Shown here piece after piece: positions 1-11,160 of a DNA stretch of 64,000 nt. The DNA is from an uncultured delta proteobacterium. Its GTDB lineage: Bacteria; Myxococcota; Myxococcia; Myxococcales; Myxococcaceae. The stretch is taken from positions 128,001 to 192,000 of the forward strand of contig CAVYSY010000011.1 of NCBI GenBank assembly GCA_963771175.1. Reading direction: 5' to 3'. Made by a program: the position numbers and the translations under genes. How positions within the stretch are numbered: the stretch's first letter is position 1; every line of letters starts with the position of its first letter. Under the pieces are notes generated by a model that worked only from the letters and a program-made list of their open reading frames with translations, was not told where the DNA came from and made no database searches.

Positions 1-494
1 GCGCCGCCACCCGGCAGGCCTTCGCCGTCGCCACCATCTCCGCGAGCAGGCCCGTCCTCCAGCGCGTCCGCGATGAGCAGCACCGCATCCGCACCGAGGG
101 CGGCGCTCTCCTCCACCTCTTGCGGTGCCACCAGGAAGTCCTTGCGCAGCACTGGCAGCGAGATGGCCGCGCGCACCTGGAGGAGGTCCTCGAGGCTGCC
201 CCCGAAGTCCACGTCGTCCGTGAGCACGCTCACCGCGCTCGCTCCGGCCGCCTCGTACGCCCGCGCCACCGCCACGAGGTCCTGGTGCGGGAAGTCCCCG
301 CCCGAGGGACTGCGGCGCTTCACCTCGGCGATGACGTTCACCGGCAGGCCGGCCCGGGGCTGCGTGAGGGCCGCCGTGAAGTCCCGGGAGGCGGGGCGGG
401 GCGCTCGGGCCACCAGGGGCTTGCGCGCGGCGAGCTCCCGGCGCTTGCGCGCGAAGATGGCCGCGAGTTTGTCCCCCTCGCTCCCGGTGCTCAT
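1..494 (-). CDS. trpC: Indole-3-glycerol phosphate synthase (runs off left edge; apparent frameshift near nt 50)
   Basis: Not in ORF track. Manual translation from ATG at 494 (ATGA overlap with trpD stop) gives [40 protein letters not shown], the IGPS motifs. Confidence 0.93.
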   Translation of the reverse strand, partial: MSTGSEGDKLAAIFARKRRELAARKPLVARAPRPASRDFTAALTQPRAGLPVNVIAEVKRRSPSGGDFPHQDLVAVARAYEAAGASAVSVLTDDVDFGGSLEDLLQVRAAISLPVLRKDFLVAPQEVEESAALGADAVLLIADALEDGPARGDGGDGEGLPGGG

Positions 495-1507
495 GACGGG
501 CGCCCCTTCACCAGGGCCCGCAGCCTGGCGGCGGCGGCGCCGGAGTCGATGGACTCCACCGACCGCAGCACGCCCTCGCGCAGGTCCGCCGCCTTGCCCA
601 CCACCACGAGCGCCGCCGCGGCGTTCAGCAGCACCGCCGTGCGCACTCCAGAGCGCTCTCCGGCGAGCAGCGCATTGAAGCGCCGGGCGTTGTCTTCCAC
701 GTCTCCGCCGACGATGGCCTCGGGAGGCACCCGCTCCAGCCCCGCGTCCTCCGGGTTGACGGAGAAGGTCCGCACCGAGCCGTCCTCGCGCAGCTCCGCC
801 ACGTCCGATGCCGTGCACGGGGAGATTTCATCCAGCCCGTCGTGGCCGTGCACCACCCAGGCCCGCTTGCTGCCCAGCCGGGAGAGGACGCGCGCCGTCT
901 GCTCCAGCCGCTCGCCCGCGAAGGTGCCGAGCAACTGGTAGCGCGCGCCCGCCGGGTTGGTCAGCGGGCCCAGCAGGTTGAACACCGTGTACAGGCCAAT
1001 CTCACGCCGTGCCGGCGCCACGTGCCGCATGGCGCTGTGGTGCGAGGGCGCGAAGAGGAAGCCCACGCCGTGCTCGTCCACGTCGCGTGTCACCTGCTCG
1101 TGGGGACGGTCCATGGGGAGGCCCAGCGCGGCCAGCACGTCCGAGCTGCCACACCGCGAGGACACCGCGCGGTTGCCGTGCTTGGCCACCGTCACTCCCG
1201 CGCCCGCGACCACGAAGGCCACGGCCGTGGAGATGTTGAAGGTGTGTGCGCCATCGCCACCCGTGCCGCAGGTGTCGAGCACCACCTCCGCCTTGGGGTG
1301 GATGCGCGTGGCGCAGGCTCGCATGGCCTCCGCCGCGCCGAGGATCTCCTCCTCGGTCTCACCCTTCATGCGCAACGCGACCGCGAAGGCGCCCACCTGA
1401 GCGGGCGTCGCTTCTCCCGCGAGCATCAGGCCCATGACGTGGGCCATCTCCTCGCGGTTCAGGTCACGCCGGCCCACTACCTTGCCCAGCGCTTCCTTGA
1501 GTGTCAT
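491..1507 (-). CDS. trpD: Anthranilate phosphoribosyltransferase
   Basis: [47 protein letters not shown] motifs. Confidence 0.97.
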   Translation of the reverse strand: MTLKEALGKVVGRRDLNREEMAHVMGLMLAGEATPAQVGAFAVALRMKGETEEEILGAAEAMRACATRIHPKAEVVLDTCGTGGDGAHTFNISTAVAFVVAGAGVTVAKHGNRAVSSRCGSSDVLAALGLPMDRPHEQVTRDVDEHGVGFLFAPSHHSAMRHVAPARREIGLYTVFNLLGPLTNPAGARYQLLGTFAGERLEQTARVLSRLGSKRAWVVHGHDGLDEISPCTASDVAELREDGSVRTFSVNPEDAGLERVPPEAIVGGDVEDNARRFNALLAGERSGVRTAVLLNAAAALVVVGKAADLREGVLRSVESIDSGAAAARLRALVKGRPS

Positions 1508-1511
1508 GTGC

Positions 1512-2537
1512 CTACTCCAGTCGCGCCACGTCGCGGCCCAGGGCGGCGGCTACCGCGCGCACCTCGACCATCACCTTGTCGAACTCGGAGAAGTCCAGCG
1601 ACTGGGCGCCGTCGGACTTGGCCCGAGGCGGATCCGGATGCACCTCGACGATGAGGCCGTCAGCCCCCGCCGCGATGGCCGCCCGCATCATCGCCGGCAC
1701 CGCCTTGCGCACGCCCACGCCGTGGGACGGGTCCGCCCACACCGGCAGGTGGCTGAGCGCCTTGAGCATGGGGATGGCGTTCAGGTCGAGCGTGTTGCGC
1801 GTCATCGTCTCGAAGGTGCGGATGCCTCGCTCGCAGAGGATGACCTGGGTGTTGCCGCGGGCGACGACGTACTCGGCCGCCATCAGCAGTTCCTTGATGC
1901 TGGCGCTCAGGCCGCGCTTGAGCATGACGGGCTTGCGCAGCTCGCCCACCGCCTCCAGCAGCGAGAAGTTCTGCATGTTGCGCGCGCCGATCTGGATGAT
2001 GTCGGCCACCTCGGCCACCGCGTCCAGCGTGTCGGTGTCCTTGGCCTCGGTGATGACCCGCAGGCCCGTCTCCTTGCGCGCCTCGGCCAGGAGCTGCAGG
2101 CCGTCGTTCTTGAGGCCCTGGAACTCGTAGGGGCTGGTGCGGGGCTTGAAGGCGCCGCCGCGCAGCAGGGTGGCGCCTGACTTCTTCACCGCCTTGGCGG
2201 TGGAGACGATCTGCTCGTGCGACTCCACCGAGCAGGGGCCGGCGATGACGTGCACCGTCTTGCCTCCCAGCGCCAGGTCACCCAGACGGATGATGGAGTC
2301 CTCGGGCTTGACCTCGCGGCTCACCAGCTTGAAGGGCTGGGAGACGGGGACCGCGTCCGCCACGCCGGGCAGCACGCGGAAGGGCTCGGGCTCCACCGCG
2401 CCCGGGTTGCCGGTGATGCCGATGGCCGTCCGGGTCTCGCCGGGGATCGCGTGCGGTTGCCAGCCACGACGGCGGATCTCGTCGTTTACACGCTCGATGT
2501 CCTGGGCCGTCGCATCCGGTCGCATCACGATCAACAT
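1512..2537 (-). CDS. aroF: 3-deoxy-7-phosphoheptulonate (DAHP) synthase, type I-beta with N-terminal regulatory domain
   Basis: [49 protein letters not shown] motifs; first gene of the trp run. Confidence 0.95.
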   Translation of the reverse strand: MLIVMRPDATAQDIERVNDEIRRRGWQPHAIPGETRTAIGITGNPGAVEPEPFRVLPGVADAVPVSQPFKLVSREVKPEDSIIRLGDLALGGKTVHVIAGPCSVESHEQIVSTAKAVKKSGATLLRGGAFKPRTSPYEFQGLKNDGLQLLAEARKETGLRVITEAKDTDTLDAVAEVADIIQIGARNMQNFSLLEAVGELRKPVMLKRGLSASIKELLMAAEYVVARGNTQVILCERGIRTFETMTRNTLDLNAIPMLKALSHLPVWADPSHGVGVRKAVPAMMRAAIAAGADGLIVEVHPDPPRAKSDGAQSLDFSEFDKVMVEVRAVAAALGRDVARLE

Positions 2538-2736
2538 GGCTTATCGGTCTCCGAGGTATTCCGCCGCCGGGGAAGGGAAAAGGCGGTCGGTTTGAAGCAG
2601 TGCCTTGAGTAAGAAGAGCGGGGACACCGTGCAGGAAGAAAGGTGTCCACTTGTCCTCATATTCCCGACGAGTGTGGCTGGGCGGAGTCCGGGAATCAAT
2701 GTAGGACGGGAAATTTCGTAATTACGGAGCGCACGC

Positions 2737-3987
2737 TTGGCAGGTCCAAACGTCATCGTGGTGGGGGCGGGGCTGGCGGGGTTGACGTGCGCGCGGGTGC
2801 TCCAGCAGGCCCGGGTGAAGGCCTGGGTGCTGGAGGCGAGTGACGGAGTCGGCGGCCGGGTGCGCACCGACACGGTGGACGGCTTCCTGCTGGACCGCGG
2901 CTTCCAGGTGTTCCTCACGGCCTACCCGGAGCCACAGCGGTGGCTGGACTACAAGGCGCTCGACCTCCAGCGCTTCTTTCCGGGCGCGCTGGTGTGGCGG
3001 GCGGGGAAGCTGCACCAGGTGGCGGATCCGTTCCGACGGCCCCTCCAGGCGGCGGCGCACGCTTTCAACAAGGTGGGCTCGTTCTGGGACAAGTTGCACG
3101 TGCTGGACCTGCGCCAGCATGCGCTGTCGGGCACGGTGGAGGACGTGTTCCACCGGCCGCAGAAGACGTCGCTGAAGTACCTGCGCGACGTGGGCTTCTC
3201 CGAGGAGATGGTGGATGTCTTCTTCCGGCCCTTCTTCGGGGGTGTGTTCCTGGAGAAGGAGCTGCGCACCTCGAGCCGGATGCTGGAGTTCGTCTTCCGG
3301 ATGTTCGCCATGGGGGCCACGGCGGTGCCGGCGCGGGGCATGGGGACACTGGCGGCGCAGCTCGCCGCGAAGCTGCCGTCTGGCGCGTTGAGGACGAACG
3401 CGCCGGTGGAGGAGGTGTGGGGCCACCGGGTGCGGCTGGCGTCCGGTGAGACGCTGGAGGCCAGCGCGGTGGTGGTGGCCACGGACGCGCCCGCGGCGGA
3501 GGAATTGCTGCTCGGCATGCCACCGAGGGAGATGAACGCGGTGACGAACCTGTACTTCGCCGCGCCGGAGCCGCCGGTGCGAGGGCCCTACCTGGTGCTG
3601 AACGGGGAGGGGACGGGGCCGGTGAACAACCTCGCGGTGATGAGCGAGGTGGCGCCCGCGTACGCGCCGGAGGGGCAGGCCCTGGTATCGGTGTCGGTGC
3701 TGGAGATGGCGGAGGACTTGGAGGAACTGGAGGCGCGGGTGCGCGAGCAGCTCTCGGGATGGTTCGGCGAGGCGGTGGCGAGGTGGAGGCACCTGCGCAC
3801 CTATGTGATTCCCCACGCGCTGCCGACGCAGACGCCCGAGATGCTCGAGGAGCCGCATCGGCGGGTGCGGCTGTCGCCGGGGCTGTACGCCTGTGGGGAC
3901 TACCGGGAGAACGGCTCCATCGAGGGCGCCATGGTCTCGGGGCGGCGAGCGGCCGAGGCGCTGCTGCGGGACCGGGGCCTGGATTAG
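2737..3987 (+). CDS. NAD(P)/FAD-dependent oxidoreductase (flavin amine oxidase / phytoene dehydrogenase-like family)
   Basis: VVGAGLAGL dinucleotide motif, LEASDGVGGR, DRGFQV, C-terminal ACGDY..GSIEGAMVSG. Confidence 0.85.
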   Translation: MAGPNVIVVGAGLAGLTCARVLQQARVKAWVLEASDGVGGRVRTDTVDGFLLDRGFQVFLTAYPEPQRWLDYKALDLQRFFPGALVWRAGKLHQVADPFRRPLQAAAHAFNKVGSFWDKLHVLDLRQHALSGTVEDVFHRPQKTSLKYLRDVGFSEEMVDVFFRPFFGGVFLEKELRTSSRMLEFVFRMFAMGATAVPARGMGTLAAQLAAKLPSGALRTNAPVEEVWGHRVRLASGETLEASAVVVATDAPAAEELLLGMPPREMNAVTNLYFAAPEPPVRGPYLVLNGEGTGPVNNLAVMSEVAPAYAPEGQALVSVSVLEMAEDLEELEARVREQLSGWFGEAVARWRHLRTYVIPHALPTQTPEMLEEPHRRVRLSPGLYACGDYRENGSIEGAMVSGRRAAEALLRDRGLD

Positions 3988-3990
3988 CTC

Positions 3991-4621
3991 ATGACCTCCC
4001 CCAAGATTCATCACCCGGGCTGGCTCGTGGCCAGCGGAGTGGCCGCGCTCCTGTGGACCGCGTTGGTCCACGCGAACCCGCCGCGCTTCTTCCTGTGGGC
4101 CGCGCTCTTCTGTGCCGGCTGGAACGCGCTGTCGTGGAAGGCGATGGGCGAGCTGGGGCGGCTGCGGCTCATCCCGAGGCGTGAGGGCCTGCTGTGGGGC
4201 GTGGCTCTCGCGGGAGTGCTGTACGTGGGCTCTCGGGCGGTGCTGTGGGCGCTGTGCGGAGGCTTCTCGGAGTTCCTCTGCAAGCCGCTGATGGATGTCT
4301 ACGCGACGCTTCGGCACGGGCTCGGTGTGGGCGGGACTGGCCCTGGCGCTGGTGATTGCCCCGGCCGAGGAGTTGTTCTGGCGCGGCGTGGTGCAGCAGG
4401 TGCTGCGGCCGAGGCTCGGGAGGGTGGGGTGCGCGGTGGTGGCCGCGGTGCTGTCGAGCCTCTTGCTGCTCGCCTTCGGTGAGCCGCTGCTGGCGCTCGC
4501 GGCGTTCCCCACGTCACTGGCCTGGGGGCTGCTCGCCGAGTGGCGTCACAGCCTCGCCGCCGCGTGGGTGAGTCACTCCCTGTGGGACCTGCTCATCGTC
4601 ATCCTCCTGCCGGCCGTCTGA
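3991..4621 (+). CDS. CPBP/Abi (CAAX protease-like) intramembrane glutamic endopeptidase; one apparent frameshift near 4310-4320
   Basis: Hydrophobic N-terminal half in ORF 3991..4482 joins ORF 4295..4621 with AEELFWRG and SHSLWD motifs. Confidence 0.8.
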
Positions 4622-5597
4622 GGTACGGCCCCAGTCGAGCCACCCAGCGCTCCTCCCGTGCGGCGAAACCGTGCCGCCGGGCCGCATGGGCCTCTTCCGC
4701 CGCCAGCGTGCGCCGCGCCGCCTCGTCGAAGGGAATGCTCGGCGGGTGGTGCGTCAGCTCGAAATAGCGCGCGTCACGCGGCAGCAGGTCCTGGGTGAGT
4801 CCCTCCACCAGCTCGCGTGCCACCGCGTAGTCCGCGCTCGTCACCAGCTTCAGCCACAGCGAGGACAGGCGCGGTGTCAGCACCGGGAACCGCACCATGA
4901 GGGGGCGCAGTCCTCGCAGCGCCGCGATGTGCTCCAGGATTTCCCGCCCGCTCAGCACCTCCGGGCCCGGGAGGTCGAACCACTCACCGTGCTCGAGCGG
5001 TATCTCCAAGGCGTCCACCAGTGCCCGCACTACGTCCTCCAGCGCGATGGGGCAGGTGCGTGAGCGCAGCCACGAGGGCAACACCATCGCGGGCAGGCGC
5101 AGCGCCAGGTCACGGCAGATGCGCCAGGACGTGGAACCCGGGCCGATGATCATCGACGCGCGCAGTTCCACCGTGGGCACGGGCCCCGCGCGCAGGATTT
5201 CGCCCACCGCGAGCCGGCTCGCCAGGTGGCGCGACGGTGTGCCACGCGGTGCCACCCCTCCGAGGTACACGAGGCGCTTCAGCCCCGCGCGTGCGGCCTC
5301 TTTCGCGAAGGACTCCGCGCTGCGGCGCTCTCGCTCGCGGTAGTCCTCGCCTTTGTCCCCCATGCTGTGGACGAGGTAGTACGCCGCGTCCATTCCCTCC
5401 AGCGCGGGGGCGAGTGTCTCCGGGCGGAGGAGATCGGCCTCCACCCACTCCTCTCGCCCGTTCCGAGGCGCCCGAGCGAGGTGGCGTGTGGTGGCTCGTA
5501 CCTCCAGCCCTCGGGCGAGCAGGGCAGGGCGTAGGGCTCGACCGATGAAGCCCGTGGCTCCCGTTACCAGCACCGTGCGCACCGAGTCGTCAGTCAT
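4599..5597 (-). CDS. NAD(P)H-binding SDR/epimerase-like protein (YbjT-like)
   Basis: VLVTGATGFIG, YYLVHSM, HLASRLAVGEIL, LRASMIIGPGS motifs. Confidence 0.85.
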   Translation of the reverse strand: MTDDSVRTVLVTGATGFIGRALRPALLARGLEVRATTRHLARAPRNGREEWVEADLLRPETLAPALEGMDAAYYLVHSMGDKGEDYRERERRSAESFAKEAARAGLKRLVYLGGVAPRGTPSRHLASRLAVGEILRAGPVPTVELRASMIIGPGSTSWRICRDLALRLPAMVLPSWLRSRTCPIALEDVVRALVDALEIPLEHGEWFDLPGPEVLSGREILEHIAALRGLRPLMVRFPVLTPRLSSLWLKLVTSADYAVARELVEGLTQDLLPRDARYFELTHHPPSIPFDEAARRTLAAEEAHAARRHGFAAREERWVARLGPYLRRPAGG

Positions 5598-5645
5598 GAC
5601 GATCCTACGGTGTGCATGGCCGGGACGGATGGTAGGCCCGCTTGC

Positions 5646-6029
5646 TCAGCCCTGGTAGATCTGGATGAGGTTGCCGCAGGTGTCGTCGAACACGGCGATG
5701 GTGGTCGGCCCCATCTGCGTGGGCTCCGTGCGGAACGCCACGCCCAGCTTCTTCAGGCGTTCGTACTCCTTCTGGGTATCGTCCACGGCGAACGCCGTGA
5801 GCGGTATCCCCTGCTCATGAAGGGCCTTCTGGTAGACCTTCGAGGCGGGGTTCGCGTTCGGCTCCAGGAGCAACTCGACATCATCGTGCCCTTCGGGCGA
5901 GACGACGGTGAGCCACTTGAACTCCCCGACCGGTACGTCGTGCTTCTTCACGAAGCCCAGGACCTCCGTATAGAACTTGAGGGCCTTCTCCTGGTCGTCG
6001 ACCATGACGCTGCTGAGCTTGATCTTCAT
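5646..6029 (-). CDS. VOC (glyoxalase/bleomycin resistance) family protein
   Basis: Start MKIKLSSVMVDDQEKALKFYTEVLGF; C-terminal FDDTCGNLIQIYQ. Confidence 0.9.
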   Translation of the reverse strand: MKIKLSSVMVDDQEKALKFYTEVLGFVKKHDVPVGEFKWLTVVSPEGHDDVELLLEPNANPASKVYQKALHEQGIPLTAFAVDDTQKEYERLKKLGVAFRTEPTQMGPTTIAVFDDTCGNLIQIYQG

Positions 6030-6127
6030 GGCGCGACGGTGGCAGCCCACGCGTCAAGCTGTCCAGCGAAGAACCGGGATGCCCCAAGTGCGATCCGCCG
6101 CGGCTGTCATGAGGTAAAAGGTCCGCC

Positions 6128-7861
6128 ATGATCCGCGAACTCCTCTCCCTCGCCGCCGCCGCGGTGCTCCTCGCGAGCCCGGCCGGCGCCGCCGAGAAGC
6201 AGCCCGAGACCTCCCGTATGCCCACTGCCCCCGAGCTCAAGCGCGCCACGGCCCGTTTCGCCCCCGTCGACATCCAGGCCGACGTCTCGAAGCTCCCCGA
6301 GAACGAGCGCCGGGCCCTCGCGAAGATGGTCCAGGCCGCGAAGCTCATGGACTCGCTCTTCCTGCGCCAGGTGTGGGCCGGCAACGAGACGCTCCTGCTC
6401 GACCTGCTGAAGGACAACTCCCCGCTCGGCCGGCGCGGCTGCACGCCTTCCTCCTCAACAAGGGCCCGTGGTCCCGGCTCGACCACAACGCGCCGTTCGT
6501 CCCCGGCGTCGCCGCCGAAGCCCGAGGCCGGCAACTTCTACCCGGCCGGCGCCACCAAGGCCGAGATCGAGGCCTGGGTGAAGTCGCTCCCCGAGGCGCA
6601 GCAGCGCGAGGCCACCGGCTTCTTCACCACCATCCGCCGCGACCCGGACGGCAAGCTCGTCGCCGTGCCCTACAGCGTCGAGTACCAGGGCGAGCTCGCG
6701 CGCGGCGGCGCGAGCTGCTGCGCGAGGCCGCGGCGCTCACCACGCAGCCGACGCTGAAGGCCTTCCTCGAGAAGCGCGCCGAGGCGCTTCCTCACCAACG
6801 ACTACTACGCGAGCGACGTGGCCTGGATGGAGCTCGACGCCAGCGTCGAGCCCACCATCGGGCCCTACGAGGTCTACGAGGACGAGTGGTTCAACTACAA
6901 GGCCGCCTTCGAGGCCTTCATCGCGCGTGCGCGACGACGCGGAGACGGCAGAAGCTCGCGAAGTTCAGCGGCGAGCTGCAGGAGCTCGAGAACACACCTG
7001 CCCATCGACCCGCAGCTGCGCAACCCGAAGCTCGGCGCGCTCGCGCCCATCCGCGTGGTCAACAGCATCTTCTCCTCGGGCGACGCCAACCGCGGCGTGC
7101 AGACCGCGGCCTTCAACCTGCCCAACGACGAGCGCGTCGGCGGCCGAGAAGGGCACCAAGCGCGTGATGCTCAAGAACGTCCAGGAGGCCAAGTTCAACC
7201 GAGGTGCTGATGCCCATCACCGCAGGTGGCGCTCGCCCCGACGGACCGCAAGGACGTCTCCTTCGACGCCTTCTTCACCCACATCCTCATGCACGAGCTG
7301 ATGCACGGCCTCGGGCCCCACAACATCACCGTGGAGCGGCAAGCAGACCACGGTGCGCCAGGCGCTCCAGGACGTCCTACCAGCGCCATCGAGGAGGCCA
7401 AGGCCGACATCTCCGGCCTCTGGGCCCTGCAGCACCTCGTGGACAAGGGCGTCATCGGCAAGGACCTGGAGCGCACCATGTACACCACGTTCCTGGCCTC
7501 GGCGTTCCGCTCCATCCGCTTCGGCATCAACGAGGCGCACGGCAAGGGCATGGCGCTGCAGCTCAACCACTTCCTCGACACCGGCGCGGTGGTGGTGAAC
7601 AAGGACGGCACCTTCGCCGTGGTGCCGGGGAAGATTCGCGAGTCCGTCACCTCCCTGACGAAGCAGCTCATGGAGCTGCAGGCCGCCGGCGACCGCGCCT
7701 CCGCCGAGTCGCTGCTCGCGAAGATGGGCGTGGTGCGTCCCGAGGTGAAGCGCGTGCTGGACAGGCTGGAGAAGGTCCCCGTGGACATCGAGCCGCGCTA
7801 CGTCACCGCCGAGAAGCTCGCGCTGGAGCTCGGCGGGGCCTCGGAGCCGGCGAAGAAGTAG
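6128..7861 (+). CDS. Secreted peptidase M49 / dipeptidyl peptidase III-like metallopeptidase, broken by several frameshifts
   Basis: Signal peptide; fragments across frames give NKGPWSRLD, GANFYP-like AGNFYP, TIGPYEVYED, AFNLPNDER, HELMHGLGP and EEAKAD. Confidence 0.8.
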
Positions 7862-7884
7862 GCGTGCGCGGCGGGGGGCGGGTG

Positions 7885-8662
7885 ATGAAGAAGATGGAGC
7901 GGATGCGGAGTCAGGTCCCTCGAGATCCCTGGGGTGTCCTCATCGCGCTGAGCATTCTCGGCGCGTGGGTGGGTCATTCTCGTCTGGCTTCTGGTGGGGG
8001 CCGACCTGTCGCTCGCCTCGCCGCTCACGTACTTCCACATCGCCCTGCAGGCGTACCTGTGTACCGGCCTGTTCATCACCGGCCATGACGCGATGCATGG
8101 CACGGTGAGCCGCCACCGGTGGGTGAACCAGAGCGTGGGCACGGTCGCCTGCTTCCTCTTCGCCGGGCTCTCCTACCGGCGGCTGGTGGTCAACCACCGC
8201 GCCCACCACATCGACCCCACCGGCCTGGACGACCCGGACTTCTCCACTCGCACCCAGTCCTTCTGGCCGTGGTTCGCCACCTTCATGTGGCGCTACACCA
8301 CCTGGACGCAGATCCTCGTGATGGCGGCCAAGTTCAACGTGTTGCAGTTCCTGGGCGTGGCGCAGTGGCGGATCGTGGCCTTCTGGGTGGCGCCCGCGCT
8401 GCTCGGCACGGTGCAGCTCTTCTTCTTCGGCACCTTCATGCCCCACCGGCGGCCGGACACCCCGGACATGGTGCCCCACCATGCGCGCTCCCTGCCGCGC
8501 AACCACCTGTGGGCCATGCTCTCCTGCTACTTCTTCGGCTACCACTGGGAGCACCACCAGTCGCCCTCCACTCCCTGGTGGCGGCTGTGGCGGATGCGGG
8601 ATGCCCGGGCCCTCGCCGAGCGGGAGCCCGCTGCCCGCCAGGTCTCCCCGCCCCCGCTGTAA
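7885..8662 (+). CDS. crtW: Beta-carotene ketolase CrtW-like membrane di-iron enzyme (fatty acid desaturase superfamily); frameshift near 7980
   Basis: His boxes LFITGHDAMHG, HRAHH..P...DDPDF, QLFFFGTFMPHR, CYFFGYHWEHHQSPSTPWW match the CrtW pattern. Confidence 0.75.
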
Positions 8663-8695
8663 CCGGAAATCCGCTTCCGGCGTTATGAAGGGACC

Positions 8696-9685
<990 letters not shown>

Positions 9686-9687
9686 CC

Positions 9688-10311
9688 ATGGCTTCCCCTC
9701 CGTACCCTTGGCTCAAGCAGGCCTTCCTCGTGGGCGGCCTCTCCCCGCTGGCCCTCCTCGCCCTGGGGTTCTGGCGGGACACCCTCGGCGCCAACCCGAT
9801 CGAGCGCGTGCTCAACCAGACGGGGATGCTCGCCCTCATCCTGCTGGTGGCCTCGCTCGCGTGTACGCCACTGAAGGTGGTGGCCGGGTGGACGTGGCCC
9901 ATGCGCCTGCGCAAGTTGCTGGGCCTGCTGGGCTTCGCCTACGCCGTGCTGCACTTCCTCACGTACACGGTGGTGGACCAGGGGCTGGACTTCCCCATCA
10001 TCCTCGAGGACATCGCCAAGCGGCCCTTCATCACCGTGGGCTTCCTCGCGCTGGTGCTGCTGGTTCCGCTGGCCGTCACCAGCACGAATCGCATGGTGCG
10101 CCGCCTGGGCTTTCCCGTCTGGCAGCGGTTGCACCGGCTGGCCTATGTGGCGGCCTCGCTGGGCGTGGTGCACTTCGTCTGGCGCGTGAAGAAGGACCTC
10201 ACCGAGCCGCTCGTGTATGGCGCGGTGCTGGCGCTGCTCTTCGCCGTCCGTCTCGTCGAGTCGCTGCGCAAGCGGCGGGCGCGAGCTGGGGCCGCCCTCC
10301 CGGTCTCCTGA
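9688..10311 (+). CDS. msrQ: Methionine sulfoxide reductase heme-binding membrane subunit
   Basis: ATG at 9688 just after msrP; GANPIE, RKLLGLLGFAYAVLH, KRPFITVG, LAVTS, WQRLHRLAY. Confidence 0.93.
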   Translation: MASPPYPWLKQAFLVGGLSPLALLALGFWRDTLGANPIERVLNQTGMLALILLVASLACTPLKVVAGWTWPMRLRKLLGLLGFAYAVLHFLTYTVVDQGLDFPIILEDIAKRPFITVGFLALVLLVPLAVTSTNRMVRRLGFPVWQRLHRLAYVAASLGVVHFVWRVKKDLTEPLVYGAVLALLFAVRLVESLRKRRARAGAALPVS

Positions 10312-10334
10312 CGCCACCTGAGCGCTCGGCGTGC

Positions 10335-10360
10335 CCGCCTCCCTCACTCAGGGGAGGCGG
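10335..10360. terminator. Stem-loop between convergent msrQ and response regulator
   Basis: CCGCCTCCC (10335-10343) and GGGAGGCGG (10352-10360) form a perfect 9-bp stem; no clear U tract. Confidence 0.45.
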
Positions 10361-10379
10361 CGCACCACCGGCTCGGGGA

Positions 10380-11054
10380 TCAGCCCTTCTTCGGGGGCGG
10401 GAGGATGGTGTCCACCAGCGTCATGAGCTGGGCGCAGCTCACCGGCTTGCGCACGAAGGCGTTGATGCCGGCCTTCTGGCCCTTGTTGCGGACCTCGGCG
10501 GCGTTCGCATCGCCCGTCATCATCAGGATGGGAATCTTGGACACCTTCATGTTGCGGTGGCCACGCACCGTCGCCGCGAAGTCCGCCCCGTTCATCCCGT
10601 CCATGTGGAAGTCGGTGAGGATGAGGTCCACCGGCTGCCCGTCCAGCACCTTCAGCGCCGCCTCGGCCGACTCGGCCTCGATGTACTCGAAGGAGCGCGC
10701 CATCAGGTAGATCTTCAGCAGCGTGCGGATGGAGCGGCTGTCATCCACCAGCAGCACGCGCTGCGCCTGCACCCCGGGCTCCGGACGCGCGAAGGGACGC
10801 GTCTCCGGAGCGGGGGGAGTGGAGGTGGCGTGGGCCGCGAAGGCCTTCGCCGTCTCGGAGCTGAGCCCGCCGAAGGGGCGTGCCGGCTCCGTGGGCTGGG
10901 CGGGCGTTCCGGTGACGGGGGTGATGGCGGGTCGAGCGCGCGCCGGTTCGGTGCCGGGGGCAGCAACGAACGGCCGCGTCGGCTCCGCTGGAGCCGCCGT
11001 GGAACGTGGCGATGTCGTCGCCGCTGCTTCGGGCACAACCGTTGCCGGCTTCAT
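10380..11054 (-). CDS. Response regulator: C-terminal receiver domain with Pro/Ala/Thr-rich N-terminal extension
   Basis: LLVDDS, LILTDFHMDGMNG, ILMMTG, FVRKPV; start chosen at ATG 11054 behind a GGAG. Confidence 0.88.
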   Translation of the reverse strand: MKPATVVPEAAATTSPRSTAAPAEPTRPFVAAPGTEPARARPAITPVTGTPAQPTEPARPFGGLSSETAKAFAAHATSTPPAPETRPFARPEPGVQAQRVLLVDDSRSIRTLLKIYLMARSFEYIEAESAEAALKVLDGQPVDLILTDFHMDGMNGADFAATVRGHRNMKVSKIPILMMTGDANAAEVRNKGQKAGINAFVRKPVSCAQLMTLVDTILPPPKKG

Positions 11055-11160
11055 TGGAGAGTCTCCCTGCACTGTCCCCCCTCCGCGTGCTACCGGAATA
11101 CCGAGATTCCGATATGTTGGCCGACGGACAGCATGAAGTCAAAGAGGAGCGGTGCGCGTA

